In this document: one piece after another, positions 1-14,695 of the stretch
Position numbering within the stretch: position 1 is the stretch's first letter
How the letters are laid out: each line of letters opens with the position of its first letter
From: Lingula anatina
Taxonomy: Eukaryota > Animalia > Brachiopoda
Direction of reading: 5' to 3'
NCBI GenBank assembly: GCA_051362555.1
Contig: CM120647.1
Location: 7,440,001 to 7,504,000, forward strand
DNA: 64,000 nt
Program-made: the position numbers and the translations under genes
Notes under the pieces: generated by a model
The model's input: the letters and a program-made list of their open reading frames with translations, nothing else
Database searches by the model: none
What the model was told of the DNA's origin: nothing

Positions 1-57
1 TGTCTGTCTTTCTGACAATTCCTTGAATGAGCAGTGTTTGTCTCTCTTTCTTTCTAC

Positions 58-61
<4 letters not shown>

Positions 62-129
<68 letters not shown>
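62..129. repeat. (TA)n microsatellite upstream of a fourth surface-protein paralog
   Basis: Pure TA run at the position where other units have (CA)n/(TA)n or (TC)n. Confidence 0.95.
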
Positions 130-131
<2 letters not shown>

Positions 132-943
132 TGTAACCAGCTCGGGGATATATCTCAGGTACCGCCTTGTAATCCTTTTTCCTCAGTGCGTCCCTAGTCT
201 CTCTAAAACGTGAAAAAAGTAGCAGCCTCAGCCAATCAGAAGGTTTTTCCTTTTAACTTTGATTTAAGATTGATGTGAAAAAGGCGAGGCTTCTAACAGT
301 AAGTATACATTGCACCTTAGATCACAGCATTAAATGCGTTGCATCTTTACAAGACAATGACAGCATTGTTTTTTTTTTAAATTCAATCCAAATGTGTATG
401 TTTGGATTGGTCTGTTTGTGGAATATCACCATTGCCTGATCTCTGCCTTTTCAATTGTGAAGATGCTTCAATACTGACAAGTATACTTTTTAACAAGCCA
501 ATCATACAGGGCAAAATACTTGATATCTAGAACACCATTTCAGCCATTCCTATACGTGTATCAAGGACAGGGCTTATGAACAGATTAGGCTTTTCCAAAC
601 TCGAACCTCAGATTTGTGTGCACAAATTCTCAAATGAACAAACCCAGCCACGAGTTAAATACCCGACGTAAAATCACTTGCCATTTGCACAGCGTTTCAT
701 TACACAAACCGTTTGTCCGCCTATCTACCCCTTCGGTGAGTTCAATAATTTGAGTGTGAATGTTAGCAAACGAAGAGAGAATATTGTAGACTACAGAATA
801 AACAAAATGAAATAAAACTTGCGGGGAAAGTGTTATATAAGTCTGTAATTTCGATTTATTGGGTGTTCACAAGTACAGTGGTCTCATCTGAAGTGGTAAA
901 CAACGAAACTACGAAAACGACAAAACTACGAATGCACTTTTAA

Positions 944-1262
944 AGGGATAACACAATTCGTATGAGATCTATATTCCACAATAAAAAAACATTTCTTAAA
1001 AACTTACAGAAATACAGAAAAAAACCTACGGCGGTTACCACATATTCTGGAATCTGTTCTTGCCATCGGAGCACGTGACCTCCAAAGATGTAGTAGATGT
1101 AGTAATTGATTATATCAAAAAACCTAACTTTAAGAAAAAAAAACAACAGGTACTAACATAAAATGTAGGGATGGATTTATTAACCAATGGTAAAGATGGG
1201 GAAATTGTCGTTTACCCCCAGGAAAGTCCATTTCAAGACCAAAATGAGTTGTTGTTATGCCC
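944..1262. mobile_element. TTAA-flanked MITE (Kolobok-like termini AGGGATAAC...GTTAT[G/C]CCC)
   Basis: TTAA at 940-943 and 1263-1266; short TIRs; family members at ~16655-17066, 19637-19985, 29068-30746, 34431-34800 and 58126-58444. Confidence 0.7.
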
Positions 1263-4200
1263 TTAACAAATTTGAGGGCTTTTACTAGAAATGTGCTCAT
1301 CTTGTTATTCATGCACAGATATGTTTTAGATGTATTTATAAATAGTGCCTTTTTTGTATTTCAGAGGGAGAATGGTAACCTTTGGTACAGTTAAGAACCA
1401 TGATACAGCTAGTCAAAGTTCTGGTTTCAAAAGGGGACCATTGGTGTGATTTTTTTCAGAAGTCAAAGGAGGAATCAGTACGCTGCAACTGTGGAAAATA
1501 AAACAAATAGGAAAAGCTAGTAAAGACGAAAAATGACGTGATTTCAACAGGGTAATCGGGCCCGTAGCCAGCAGTTTGAAAAGGCTGGTTCTTTTTCTGA
1601 AAAAATAATATACATTTTACAATGAACCCTCCCTGTACTTACATCAAATTTTATCAAGAATGGACATTTATCCCGGCAAAAAGGGCTTTTTATTGGTGAA
1701 TTGGGGTTTTCAGCGTGGGCAAATTGCATCATGTTGCTTGTCAGCAGTGAAAGGATGGAAAGGGATGCTTTATCAAATAATCTCGAATGATCAAACAATT
1801 TCGAATGACAACGCGATGAAGCTAAAGATTATTATGAAGTTACGCAAAAGACACTGTAAAGAGCAGCATCGGGTTACTGCATGCAGCGCCAGACTTCATT
1901 ATGCGCAAAGAAAAGAATCATCCACTTGCTATAATTCAACCACAGTCTTCTCAATGTGGTTCAGGTTTGTCTGTTTTCCATATCTAAAACACAATAGAAT
2001 ACATCATAGCCTTTCATAGGCATATCGCGTTTGCAACCGTTGACGCAGAGAGTCATCAATTAGCGCTTAAATATCACTGATTAAAAACTCTGAAAGAAGG
2101 AAACGATAAAAAGAAGCTGTGACACACATGAAATATGAGAATATTTCAATGTTCACTGTCAACGGATGAATTGACAGATGAAATAATGTACTGAAAGGCG
2201 ACCCACGGGATTTCAGCATTTTTAGAATGTCCCAACTGGTGTCCGGCAAATAAATTTTCTTTGAACCCTTTGCAACTGCGTTCCCCCATTTCAGAAAGAA
2301 TGCCAGTCATTCTAACCAGCAGACAAGTGCAGCAAGGTGACGGTTCACAGAATTTGACCTTATTTGGCTGAAATACTTGCCTGAGGACCCTTTTAACTTC
2401 TGCCAAATTTTATGCCCCAAAATCTTATTGCAAGGGATTTATGCCAGATTCTCGTTTTTGTCCAGTTATCGAAGCGAATTTTCTGCAGCAAACATACAAA
2501 TCATTTATATGATTATTTTCTCCTCATGTACAGTGTACATATATATATCACTTTTTGCACCCCACCTCCCAAAACCATGTTTGAACATGGTGAATTTCAA
2601 AGGTTCATATACCCACTAGCAGAAGCCCTATGGCTGTCAAAACTGTATGGTTCTGTTAAGGCACATTAGGAAGATAAAATACAAAAGAGATCCTGGTGAC
2701 CTTTTATTTTGTTCACGATGCATCAATGTTTTCAAATGTATAAATTTATATGGGTGTTGCTCCTGTCTTGGTCAGTAATACCTGCTCATTCCCTCTTATC
2801 ACGGCACAATATGTCGTACAAGAGTAGGTAATTACCCTCTTGCAGATATTTTAACCATTAAACTGATGCACTTGTGATTTGTGATATTTGTACAGCGTTG
2901 ATCAAGACATTTTAATGGTTGAGGATTAAAACGTTTTTCAACCTGCTAGTTGACTCAAGTTTCTACCCTTTGCTCAAGAAAATAAAACACGTGTGTCACC
3001 CTTTCTCACTGATAACAGTTAATATTTAGATGCCGTCAAAAACAGACATAGGATAAATCACAAATCTGTCCATATCCGTGAAAGGTCGACAAACAAGGGT
3101 ACAAATTTGAATATTTAACAACATCATTTTGATATGTTTAGAAATATTTACAGGTAAACAGTGATATAATAATTAATCAACAAACCATACACGTTTTTGA
3201 TATATTTAATCATATAAAGAAAAATTTATTTATTTTATGGGGTTGACAGATAATTTCAGACTACAGATACAGGTAGGTCCGGGTAGGACAATACATAAAT
3301 ATTACTAGATTATCACTAGATTACTGTCAGCTTAGCCGGCTTAATCGTCTGTCCCGCCTACTAAAAAATATGAAGGTGTAATCAACTACCGTGCGCGCTC
3401 GGCTGACATCAGTTTAGCGTGAGCCCCCAGGGAGTTAGGTCGATCTGTATCATTGAGAATGCAGTCATAGATATAGAATGAATTCCATTTTCCCACAAAA
3501 TGGGAGGTTATCGCAATTATTCTGAAATCTGTGGTTGCCATTGGACTTCGTGTCCTACATACATGTACATGGTTACCCTCTCTTAACAGATTAAAAAAAC
3601 TAACTGTAAACATCGGAACGGATTCATTAATCATTGGTATATAAAGGTAAACTCTGGTTTACCCCAGGGAATTTTTTTTTTTTTTTTTTTGTCAAAATGA
3701 ACATTTGTTGTCCCTTACACAGTGCAAAGAAATCAAGGGTTAAGACTGCATGCACACCTCAGTCTAATTACATTTCAGTACTGTTGCAAATATCTTAAAG
3801 GATGACATTCATATAAACACCATTTCTTTCTTACATGATGCATTTTACTGGAAATTCGAGCTCATAATTTTCTGCAGGTTTGCTCCTGGTCATAAACTGA
3901 TTTTAACTATGGAATAGCGACGGACAGAATATTCTCATGGTGTGTATCGTCACTGATGCTTTAAGACTCATGCTTCCCAGGTCTAACACTGTGCTATGTA
4001 ATTGATGACTGCCAAATGATATATTTTATTAATATTACATATTTTCCTTGCCTTTTGTAATTTGTTATGAACCGTCTTGCTACCTTACTTAAGGTCTGTG
4101 CTTGTGCAATTTGGCCTATTTTCTTGCAAGAAATGATTTTTAGATTCTGAAAAGAAACTAAAACTTTGACGGATTTGAATCCATTACATTGACATATTAA

Positions 4201-7200
4201 GAAGAAACACCTGTGCATGTACCATACTGTTTTGCTTGAGATTTTATTTAACATAACATGCATATAAATATTAATGTTTTATTTTCTGCTTTCTTATAGC
4301 TAATCGTTGATGTGGTAATTATCCAGATAAAGTAAGCTGAAGAAAATAAAATACAGGTATTCATAATTTTCAAGGTGTGGTTTCTCCTAGTTGCAGAGAT
4401 TACTGGATATAATTATCTGCACTATTAGCATTTGCCTGCAGTTTCCAATACTCTCTAAAATTCAATGTCTGATGTGGATGCTACTGCATAATGTACACTT
4501 GCTACTTACAGCTGAATAAAAAGAAATCATGATTGCATGCCAATGTCGCTTATGTTGATTATTAAACAGTGACTGTTATGTTAAATGTATGATTTATTAC
4601 AACATTTTGAATCTGAATTAAGATGAAATGTAAATTTATTTTGAATTTTTTTGATTATTTTTTTTATAAAGAGAAATGAAATGATGAAATAATGCTAGTT
4701 TGTATAAAATGATATCAACTGTTTTGTTAATAATATCTTAAACCAAATTATATATATATATATTTGAATTATTTTGTTCTTTAACAGGTTCATGATGGCA
4801 GATAAGGCTGGAATAGCTGAAGGTCAAACTTACCAAGGTCAAGGCCACCAAGGTCAATGCTATCAAGGGAAACCTGGCAGTAGTAAAAAGGACAAAATAA
4901 AACCCAAAAGTGTAGCAAATGATCAAACCAAAAAACAAACTGATCTCAATTCACCGAGGACTTTGAGTAAACCATCAACAGGGTCTCAGTGAAGCCAGAA
5001 ATCTAAAGGTCAATGATAAAGGTCAGGGTCAGGTTAAAGGTCAGCAAAAATCTACAGACCCAAATGCTCCTTAAAAGTCAAAAGCACAGTTTAAGACAGA
5101 TAATTGTGTCAGTTTACTTTTATTGTTTTTAGACCTCTCTTTTTTCTCCCCCTCCTTCCCAAACCCAGCATTTTTTTCTCCTGTAGCTTAATACTCATAT
5201 TATGTTAGATATTGGTGTACCATCACACGTCACAGTAGGTAAAAAGACTCCTAGCAACCGTTTGAATGAAGCAATGAGGTCAAGAGGCTCAGCGTGCTGC
5301 CAAAACTGCTTCCAAGAAGGGCAGGGCAGGTAAGTATTGGATGTAGAGACTTTTTTCTTTAATTTTAAAAGAATCACTTTATATAATTTGATTTATTTAT
5401 AAAGTGCAACAGCAGGTAAACTTAATTTTTTTATTTAAATTCATTAAAAGTATCTCTTAGACTGCAGTGTAGTAGAAATTAATATAATTAAAAAAATATT
5501 TAAATGCAGAAACAAAAGAATTATGAAAATACCAATGTTGATGGTTTAATTCTGTTGAAGGCCAGAAAAAAAGAAGGCAGCATAAAGGAAAGAATTATCC
5601 GCGTCCCTGACCATCTCAAGGTTGACGATGCAGCCACACAAAGGAAAGTTGCCAAGAAGTTGAAAAGACAACAGGTGCCCCAAAGGGCCGTCACTGAGAG
5701 GAAAGTAGGTCTGTTCAGTCACCTCCAGCAGTTTGAGAGAGATACATCCCTGACTCAGGCTTTACAGTGAGTATAAGCTTGGTTCCAGTGTAGTGACCTG
5801 ATCAGAGAGGAACCAATTTAGGCTTGAAATCATGCTAACATGTGATGATTTACAAATATATTTATCAGTTTAAGGTGATAGTTTAAAAAAGTCACGATTG
5901 AAGAATATTTACTTTGCCATGAAACTAATTCTATTTACAAGACTACTGAGAGACATTTTTTTCCAGAAATACTAATATCTTGCTTGGGTAAATATAATTG
6001 ATGAATTCGGTACACAGCTTGAATTTTAAGAGTAATATTATTGTTTTTCTAAATTCTGAAAGTATGTTGCTATCCACCCTGCAATCTTAAAGCTGGGCTT
6101 ACAGTATGCAGAGGGGTAGTGTGTGGGTCCAATGCAAGGTGTATTGCACTGCTTAATGCCTTCAAACAGGTGGGTAACAATTGGGTCTCTCTTGAACAGT
6201 GGTTCACTCTTCACTTTTTATTCTTTTGTAATGTAAAACCAATAATTATCACTATTAGAGATATATTTACTAGTATTAGAAAAAGAAATAAAGCAGATTG
6301 AAATATAAAATGTCTCTCTGGTGTATTGGTAAGATCCAAGTGAGATTTTTTCTTGATAATATTTTTTTAATATCTCCAAAGCATGCAATGGTTCTCTTCA
6401 TTTATTGTTTCCATCCCAGGTATACCAAAAGTGAAAAATCATAACACATCCCTTTTTCACATGTATCCGCTAAATAATAATCCAAAAAGATTTCTATGCA
6501 TGCATTTTGTTTTACAAATTCCACACAGGTTATTAAAAAAGTTCTTATTCTTTTTTTTTTTCAGTTTCTTGGCCCATTGTCGGCCAATTGCTATCAAAGC
6601 TCTCAATGGCACAGTTTTTTTTTAACAGCTTTAGCTTAAGCAACCCCACACCCAGGGTCATAAGACCACAAAGCCATTTCTACCTATAATGTATTTCCAA
6701 ACAACCCCAATTCATGTCTAATTGTGGACATAGTACCAGAAGTCAAATAATCTGGTGGCCCAAATCAGGATTAACTGGTCCAAGTAAGAATTTCATTAAT
6801 ACTGGATATTTAAGCCTGTTAGATTGAACATTGATTTTGACAAATATGATTTTTTAATAAGTTGGTGCTTCTAATAGGTCTATAAAACCGTTTGGAATAT
6901 TTGTCTTTGACTCTTTAAGTTTGGGTATATTCATCTCTCGTGTAATTCAATGTTTCTAATGTCATTCTTTTGTGATTTATATAGTGTGTAGTAGAAATCT
7001 TTTACACAACTTAATTTCGCATAAAAAATGAAACTTTGAGGTAATAAATATGGCAGACGCGATTTTAGGTATGGAATTTAAGAGAAAAATTATAGATTTG
7101 AATTTTTTTCCTCAGGCCAAAAGAAATTTGATGGAGGTAATTGAAGATAGTTCTAGCTGGAGAAGCAATCCTCTAACTGCTCTGCAGGAAATCCAAGATG

Positions 7201-7902
7201 GGGATGTCCTTCTTGTTTTTGGTTGGTAAGTGGTGAAGACTTTTTTAAGCTTTGATTATTTTTTTATACTTTCAGAATAAAATGCTAAGTGGGGGTGTTT
7301 ATACTAATGGTGATAGTTTTAAAGTGTTTTTATAATTATGAAACAGATTGCTTCTCTTTTCAGCTCTTCTTTGAACCGGGAGATACTCTGCGACGCACAC
7401 TCTAAAAGAAGACAGTTTCGTGTTTTCGTCGTTGACAGTCGTCCAAAGTTGGATGGGCGAGTGATGCTCTGTCGTCTCGTTAGACATGACATTAAGTGTC
7501 CCTACGTTCTCATCAATACAGCTTCTTATGTTATGCAAGAGGTCAGTGTTCCCCAGGATTTGGGCTACAGGGAGTCCAATATGTGAATTTATTATTTGCT
7601 CATTCATTTACACTGAGTCCAACCCAAGCATGCCCAACCAACCAACCACCAAATGTTGTAAGTCATCCAGCCGTCTTTGAAAAGATGTGTTGTTTTTGAG
7701 GCAGATGGCTGTCCAAATGTCAACTGGACAGCTCTCTGGGAAAACCTTGTTTCAAACAAAACAACACACAATGTTTTAATCAGCACTATGAACAGCATGT
7801 TAACCAGAGCAGTGCACAATAGTCAACTAACACAATATCTCAACTAATACAATGCATAATGTCTCATCTAACACGGTATTCTGTGAAAATATCCTTTGTT
7901 AA

Positions 7903-10900
7903 GAGCGCGTCCATGAGAAAGCCAAACAGATCGGTCAGAAGGCGGCAAGGTGGGGGTCAGCAGATTTTAATAATTTTTGGTGTGGTACACCATCAACATG
8001 AAAGATATTGTGAGCCACTGGCTTTCTTATTTTGGATCATTAGTTTTAGAGATATGGGGGAAGGTCTTTTATCCGCATTTTTGCCAAAATATAGCATTTT
8101 TTAGCTCTTGAAAAGTTATAATTTTAAATATTATTTTAAAAAATCATGAACATCATAAGGAATTATTTAGGTATGCCATATGATGGGTTAAGGAAAGACC
8201 TTTAATACGCAGTACAGATTTTTCGAAAGGGCACTGTCATGACCACACAAGGTTGATTCTAATAAGGCATGTTTTCCGTATGCTTGACCCCCTCCCCTTC
8301 TTTAAATGCACACATCTTCTTTTTTGCAGGTTGTATCCATATAATTTTGGTATGTGCTGATAGAAAAGGGTTGCAAAATGAATTCCGTGAAATAAAATCT
8401 GTGTTAAACCTTGTAAAATTAGAACTATAACAATTTTAAAAAGGGCCTACAAACGAATATTTTTATACTACTGAAATGCTTATCTGTTTCTTCAACTAAA
8501 TTAATAAGTCAAAACCATGTATAGGTTTGTGAAAAACCTTAAAACAATCATGTTTGCCCTGCAGACAAACTTATGAAGCAAAAATACATTTTTTAAAATT
8601 TGTTTATGTTGTAGAAACTAAATGTAAAATAACAATGCTAACTCTGTGACCTATTTTCAACATGGCGGGTACTAGGATTATCACCAGGCGGTGGAAACGC
8701 GCTACTTATATGATTAAGACCAGCCTAGCCGTCAGAACCGGATATTGTTTTGTGACCTTGAGGAGCAATTAGGTTTGGTCTTTGCGGCACGCATGAACAG
8801 TAGTCGAACTACCACACCTGGGTCTTTTGTTTTTGACAACTGTTCACTCGTCATCGAGGCGCTTGTTCAAGACTACAGGCTGATATGTACTAGTACTACC
8901 AGTGGCTTCATTAGTAACGTTCCCACAATACTTAGTTTTCTGTCTGTGCGTACATACCCTGAAAAAAGCCAGCCTCGCTGACGAGAACAATGGACGTTTC
9001 TCACCCCTCTCTAGGATTACCCCTGTTATCACCGGAGCAACTGTGGAGCAAAGCACATCGTCTTTACAGTGTTAAAACATAATGCTTTCTTAATTTTATG
9101 AATAACACGCACTAGAGATGCTTAGGTACATCTCAGAAGGATTGGTGTGCACCAGAATATCACAAGAAATGACCATAGCAGCTGGTCGTTAGCAGGGGCG
9201 GATTGAGGCTCAGATTTTGAAGTTTAAATTGTCGGGTATCTAATTTTGTCTGTCGGAAGACGGTCAAAAATGTAGGATGGATCAACAAAGAGAATTTGGA
9301 AGACTGTCAGGAAATATCTCTGGATCCGCCCCTGTTAGAATGTGCATTTTTTTTTTTTTAGCCACTTCAGACTGTTGTCAGGCTTAGGTTCCTCAATATA
9401 TCCAGCTCATCGATTTAGCTCTGGATGTTTGTTGTAAGTAAGTGATCATATATATACTATATATATAATATATATATATATACTATATATATTAACTAAA
9501 AACTCAAACCAGTTTAAATAATAAGTTTGAATATTTTTAAGTAATATAAAGAATATTTAGCAGAATTAAAATATGTTCTGGTATATTTCAATTCATAGAA
9601 TTTTACTTGATTTCTATTTCATGGTAAATATGTCTGCTGAAGAGAATTAACTGTGTATCTAACTTATCAAGTATATTTGTGCGTTAAATTCTAGGGCTTT
9701 GTTACATGTGTTATCATAACACAAACAGTTAAGAGACAGCTTGTAGACAGCTTCATTAGAAATTTCTTCCCCAGAATCAAAGGTATGTAACACACATTCA
9801 GTTTCACATTCAGTTTTGGCATTTTAGGGGATGTTACTTGTGCCAGTTTTTTTATATTTTAGTTTCATATGCAGATTTATGTGTGTTTACAATGAAGTTG
9901 AAGTTAACCCCTTAGCTTTATGTGACTTTGTAACACACTGTTCTTCAATTTTCAAGACTTACACAGAACACGTGTACAACTAAAAGTACTTTAGTAAAAT
10001 CAGGAAGACTTTGCGGTCCATTATGTTGTTCATGTTGCTTTGCAAGGGGGTGTGCCAGACAATTAAGCTGATTACAATGACTGAGCCTGAGTGTGATACT
10101 CTGCTGAGATAGATTGATCCTGCTACAGTAGTTTCTATTCTGAACACAGTAAGCCTCTGTTGTTGTAAAACATTTATTGATGTTATGTTTATTTTTCAGA
10201 TTTTACATCCTAGGCCTGGATGTGAACCTTGACCTGGACAATCTTACAGATAATAATAGAAGAGTCACCTGAAATTGCACAGGCAAATTCATCAGATTCA
10301 GATGTGAGCACCAACTCTGTCTTTCTATCATGGAATTCTGGATTTCAAATTGGATTTCCATTGGATTGACAAATATTGACAATTGACAGTTCAGTCACAC
10401 TAAACTATAGTGGCATGTTGCTTCAAGTTACCACACTTTTTCTAAGATTGCTGAATTATCATTACTGTCTAAGGAGACCCTAGATCTCTCAACCAGAAGA
10501 AGAAACTTGGGGATCAATCAGTTATAAGATTAAAATCTCTGGAACACTACCCATCACTGTTGTGTTCAGTATATGGAAAAGATGACCGTGATATTGGAAC
10601 CTTGGAGATTCATAGCTTGATTTCACTCCTGTGAAAAGTAACTGCTTTGTTCTTTTACTGTCCAATTGATAATATGAAAATAAAGTACTCCTCCTGTCAT
10701 TGTATGTTGCTGACTCTGTTTTAATTTTCCCTTTTACCTTTAGAAAAATCCTTTGTAATTTTTTTTTTTTTATTTTTCTCTATTGCTCCCTGAAAATAAG
10801 GTATATACACAATGCTGATGACATTGGATATGCACAGTAATAACTCATTAAATTGGGGGGGGGGGGGTTGAATAATGATTTGAATTTTACATTATCTCAA

Positions 10901-11512
10901 GTGCAACACTAATTAATCCACTTGAAATGATTTATATTGCATTTTTCAACCATTCTTTTTCCTTTCAAATGATTCATAGGTTTTGTAAATACATGTGATA
11001 TCTTGATATCTATATTCTTTTTCTATAAAGAAAATTAAAACAGAGTCAGCAACATACAATGTATGCTCAGGATCCCTATACAATATTATGGCTGTCAACC
11101 TTGCAAAAAGAGAGATATGAATGCATGAACATTGCTTGGTAGAAAAGTGAGTTTGGGGGGTGGGGTTATAAAAATGGGCGTGGCTCGTTAGTTTGTGGGT
11201 TAAACTGAAATTAAGTAACATATACTCAATGGCAAATGGCTGCTTTAAATAGGTAAATTATCAATTTATTTTAAAAAGTCATCAGTTTTGACATATTTGC
11301 TAATGAAGTGGCTTTATTGATCGAAGCTGAAAATCAAGCCAAAAATGGCCAAAACATTTAATATTATATTATAATTATATCCAATGATTTTTTTGGGGAT
11401 TGTTGCCTTCAATGTGAATATCTCCTATGTATGCAACTATATTATGAATTTGGTTGAAATCTGTTGACCCCCACCTTGCCACCCTCTGACTGGTCTTATC
11501 ATGGACACGCAC
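7903..11512. mobile_element. 3.6-kb non-autonomous DNA transposon, TTAA target (Kolobok-like), in an eIF2B-delta intron
   Basis: TTAA at 7899-7902 and 11513-11516. Left end gagcgcgtccatgag...tcagaaggcggcaaggtgggggtcagcagattt matches reverse complement of right end (gtgcgtgtccatgat...tcagagggtggcaaggtgggggtcaacagattt). Empty site ctttgtttaagcctg in unit B (~27066-27080). Confidence 0.85.
9193..9334. mobile_element. Short MITE with CAGGGGCGGAT...ATCCGCCCCTG termini nested in the 3.6-kb element
   Basis: 11-bp terminal inverted repeat; related termini at 36303-36570 and 59098-59378. Confidence 0.6.
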
Positions 11513-14500
11513 TTAACCTGTAGTATGTACACTGCTCATCAAACACGACATCTTGGGACAATACAGTAATTATTTTATCTGTTTCAGTAAAGTGTATTAT
11601 GTCTTTGTTGAGGGGATGGTCATGGTTTGCCTTTGTACATTTAAATGTCTCACCTAGCACACTATACAATGTTTTGTCTCAACCAACGCGGTTCACACTG
11701 TCTTCTCAAAGAAATTGACCATATCACATCTAGCACAGTGTGTTTTGTCTGACTTGACAATTCACTTTCAAGTACATATTTTATTTTATGTAATAGACAA
11801 AATAACACTATGATTCATTAAATTAATTCCAGGCTACGAAAGTCTTCTTAGGTGCTCACGCTTTGTTAGCTAATGGTTACGTCATGTCCAGAGTGGGGAC
11901 TTCCAAGATCTCACTCCTGGCTAAGGCGTATGATGTGCCAGTCCTGGTGTGTTGTGAGACCTACAAGTTCTGTGAGAGAGTAAAGACAGCTTATTTTGTT
12001 GCTAATGAATTAGGTGAGTTTTTTTTTTCTTGTCGACTTCACAGCAGTGGACTTGAGGGATTATTGCACAATCCCCGCGGTGAATCTATTCAGTGTCTAT
12101 CAGTGGATGAGGTGGCACGCTTTTAAGTAGGTCGACCATATTAGATCCACGGATCTATTAGTCCACTATTAGTCAATTTGTTCTGAATGTGGCCTCTCTC
12201 TCTCTCTCTCTCTCTCATCACGGTGTTTAACGATGCTCAGCAGACTGTAGCATAACCATCAACAGAAGACGAACAAAACAGCCACCAAAAATCAAACATA
12301 GTCTGTTTCTTTAAGATAGGCTAGAAATTTAACATACTTTAATCACACTCCAGGAGACCCTGGTGACTTGGTAAAGACTCACAAAAATGAAACCTACTTG
12401 GACAACTGGAAACAGTGCAAGAACCTCAGCCTCCTGAAGCTAGTCTATGACGCCACACCAGATTTTTTTTCCATGGTGATTACCTATCTATCCCAATGGG
12501 GATTGAGGGAGGGGGTGGGGAGAGGACACAACGAAGCTCATGAATCATATTTTGTAAAAGTGGCATGCTGGAATGTATTTTCCTTGGGTGTGGTGTAGAA
12601 GCAGTCGCTGCCCCCTTCAACCCTCTGCCCCCTACATGGTATCTTTTATCCAGATTGGTATCATTTTGATGAAATGACTGTTTAAGAAGATATAGATGAT
12701 GGTTGATAATAAATTTGTGCCACTTTTTAAGATATTTAATTGGTTTGTATTCTAACAAATGCATTTATGTGCAACAATCATGGAAAAGAAACCTAAAGTG
12801 ATTGAAGATCCTGTTGTCATTTTCTTACTTCAATCTAAATTTAAAAGTCTTATATCCTTGAACATAAAAAAACACTGATAAGGTATTTTATCCCTTGAGA
12901 GGGTAACCAGTGTCTGTTTCAAAAGAGGAAAGAGAGAAAAGGGAAGTTCAAAAGTGAATGAATGTAAAAATTAGTGTCAGACTAACCTGACAAGTACCCT
13001 CCACGCTGTTTTTGTTTCTAGGCTGATAACCAGTGTGGCAGAATTAGAGACATTTTCCACATTAACACCCTGTAACTTTTGACCAGATGGAAGAAATTAA
13101 AAATGCACGCGTGCAGACAGCATTGTACCTGCTCCGTAGGGGAGTACTACAGGGGATTCCTCAGTTAACTTCAAGCTGAAGTAACAAGCTATTCAGAAGG
13201 GGTTAATTTTATCCGTCGCAAAAGAGCAAGTGGTAAGACTCAGAGAAATTAACTGTCTTGATCCTTTTGAAGGGGACTTGCCTTGGGCTTGTTAAGTGGC
13301 AGTGGCTGAGCAATTATCCTTGAGATTTCATCACAGGGTTATAGAAAACCATATGATTGTCAATTTGTCTAAAGACATATCTGTGAATATCTTGTGAAAA
13401 ATGAATCTGTTGCCCCAGTAGATGGCACCGATTACCCATGTTAGATTGTTCAGGTTGATAGTTTTTTTAATATATTTCTGTCGTTTGTCTGTCCGTGTCG
13501 TCGCCTTTGCTGTCCAACACATGTCGTTCACCCATAACTGCCAAACCGTATTTTTGTTTTACTTTGAATTTACTGATTGTCTTTGTTTGGTAAAGATGCA
13601 GGTTTCTTTCCCAAATGGCATGACCGGTTTTCCTTTTTTTTGCACAAATTTGTCCTGTGGACATTAAGTCCTCAGAATGCCTGTCCTAATTCTGCCAAAC
13701 GACTGCAAATATAGATTTGATTCAAATATTCATTTTATTTCCAATGACTAAAAATAATATCAGATTTGCACAATTCACTGCGCCTTTTAAAATACTTGAT
13801 CTCTTCCCGTTACATACATTTATACCTTATTATTTGGTTAGACCGCGCACCAGAAGCCAGTGTGGTATACCCAGCCATAAGATGGATTTTGGCTCGTGCT
13901 GCCTTAAGATTTTTTGCACGATCTACGTTAAGTAAAATGTTATATGTTTGACAGGACTTAAATTGCGCATTTTTAAAAGAGGACAGATAACATGTTTCTG
14001 AAAACTGGCATCTTCATCACCCTCCGCAACACAAATTCTTTACATACGTTGTTTCATTTAATCGGAAATGAAAAGAATTTTAGCTAAATTGGTAAAATTG
14101 TCAAGGATACAAGGGATATATATGGATATATATTATAAGAAGTACTACTGAGTATGAAAATAGCATCGCATTTATATATACGTTGCCTAAATTATTATGG
14201 AATTATTAACTTTGAAAAGTCTTTGATTCGGTAATGTGACGTTTTCTTTACCAAAGTCTCCTTGCTTTAATTTCGCACCAGATACTACCAATTTATATTT
14301 AAAACATGATACTATTACATTGAGGATAATCAAGGGTGTTGCCTTTCATTGATATTAAGACCGGGTTGAGGGAACGGTCAGGTATACCCAATTAAATAAG
14401 TACGTCCACAACGTCAAAAATAACTTGACGTTATTGGAGGATTTTTTCTTTCTTTCCTTCTGTTATGATGCTTCTAAACTCGATAATACAAGTTCGGGAT

Positions 14501-14695
14501 CCAGAGAAGTAACGTAAAGGACACAAAACTTAACATCATTGTTTCAGAAAACGTCCGGGTTTTAATCTGCTTCTCCCCACAAGTTATCGTATTATTTATT
14601 TATTGTTCCAAATCATTGGATAACCTGTTATTTTCTTTGCAATAAAAACACCAGTACAAATTACATCTGATCTCTGCTTCTCTAGGCGCGTATAG

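Larger units (their letters stand above)
4788..12481 (+). pseudogene. EIF2B4: Translation initiation factor eIF2B subunit delta pseudogene, copy 1 (unprocessed; exon remnants ~4788-5101, 5285-5330, 5561-5766, 6063-6169, 6565-6613, 7116-7224, 7364-7541, 11833-12013, 12353-12481)
   Basis: Characteristic peptides [102 protein letters not shown]. Lesions: TGA at 4990-4992, TAA near 5071, lost donor at ~5101, 1-nt deletion near 6116, internal deletions near 6589 and 7147, truncated last exon. Confidence 0.92.

Noticed and set aside
1660-2019. 119-aa and 128-aa (21082-21468) plus-strand ORFs as genes
   Set aside because: Frame is interrupted in units C and D, starts differ, no recognisable motif; kept only as part of the unidentified block finding.
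4820-4870. caaggtca repeats as nuclear-receptor elements or Helentron satellite
   Set aside because: They are QGQ codons of the low-complexity N-terminal eIF2B-delta exon.
12600-14690. Hidden 7TM exons downstream of gene 1
   Set aside because: No multi-pass hydrophobic frames seen; the region is deleted in unit B and largely replaced in unit C.
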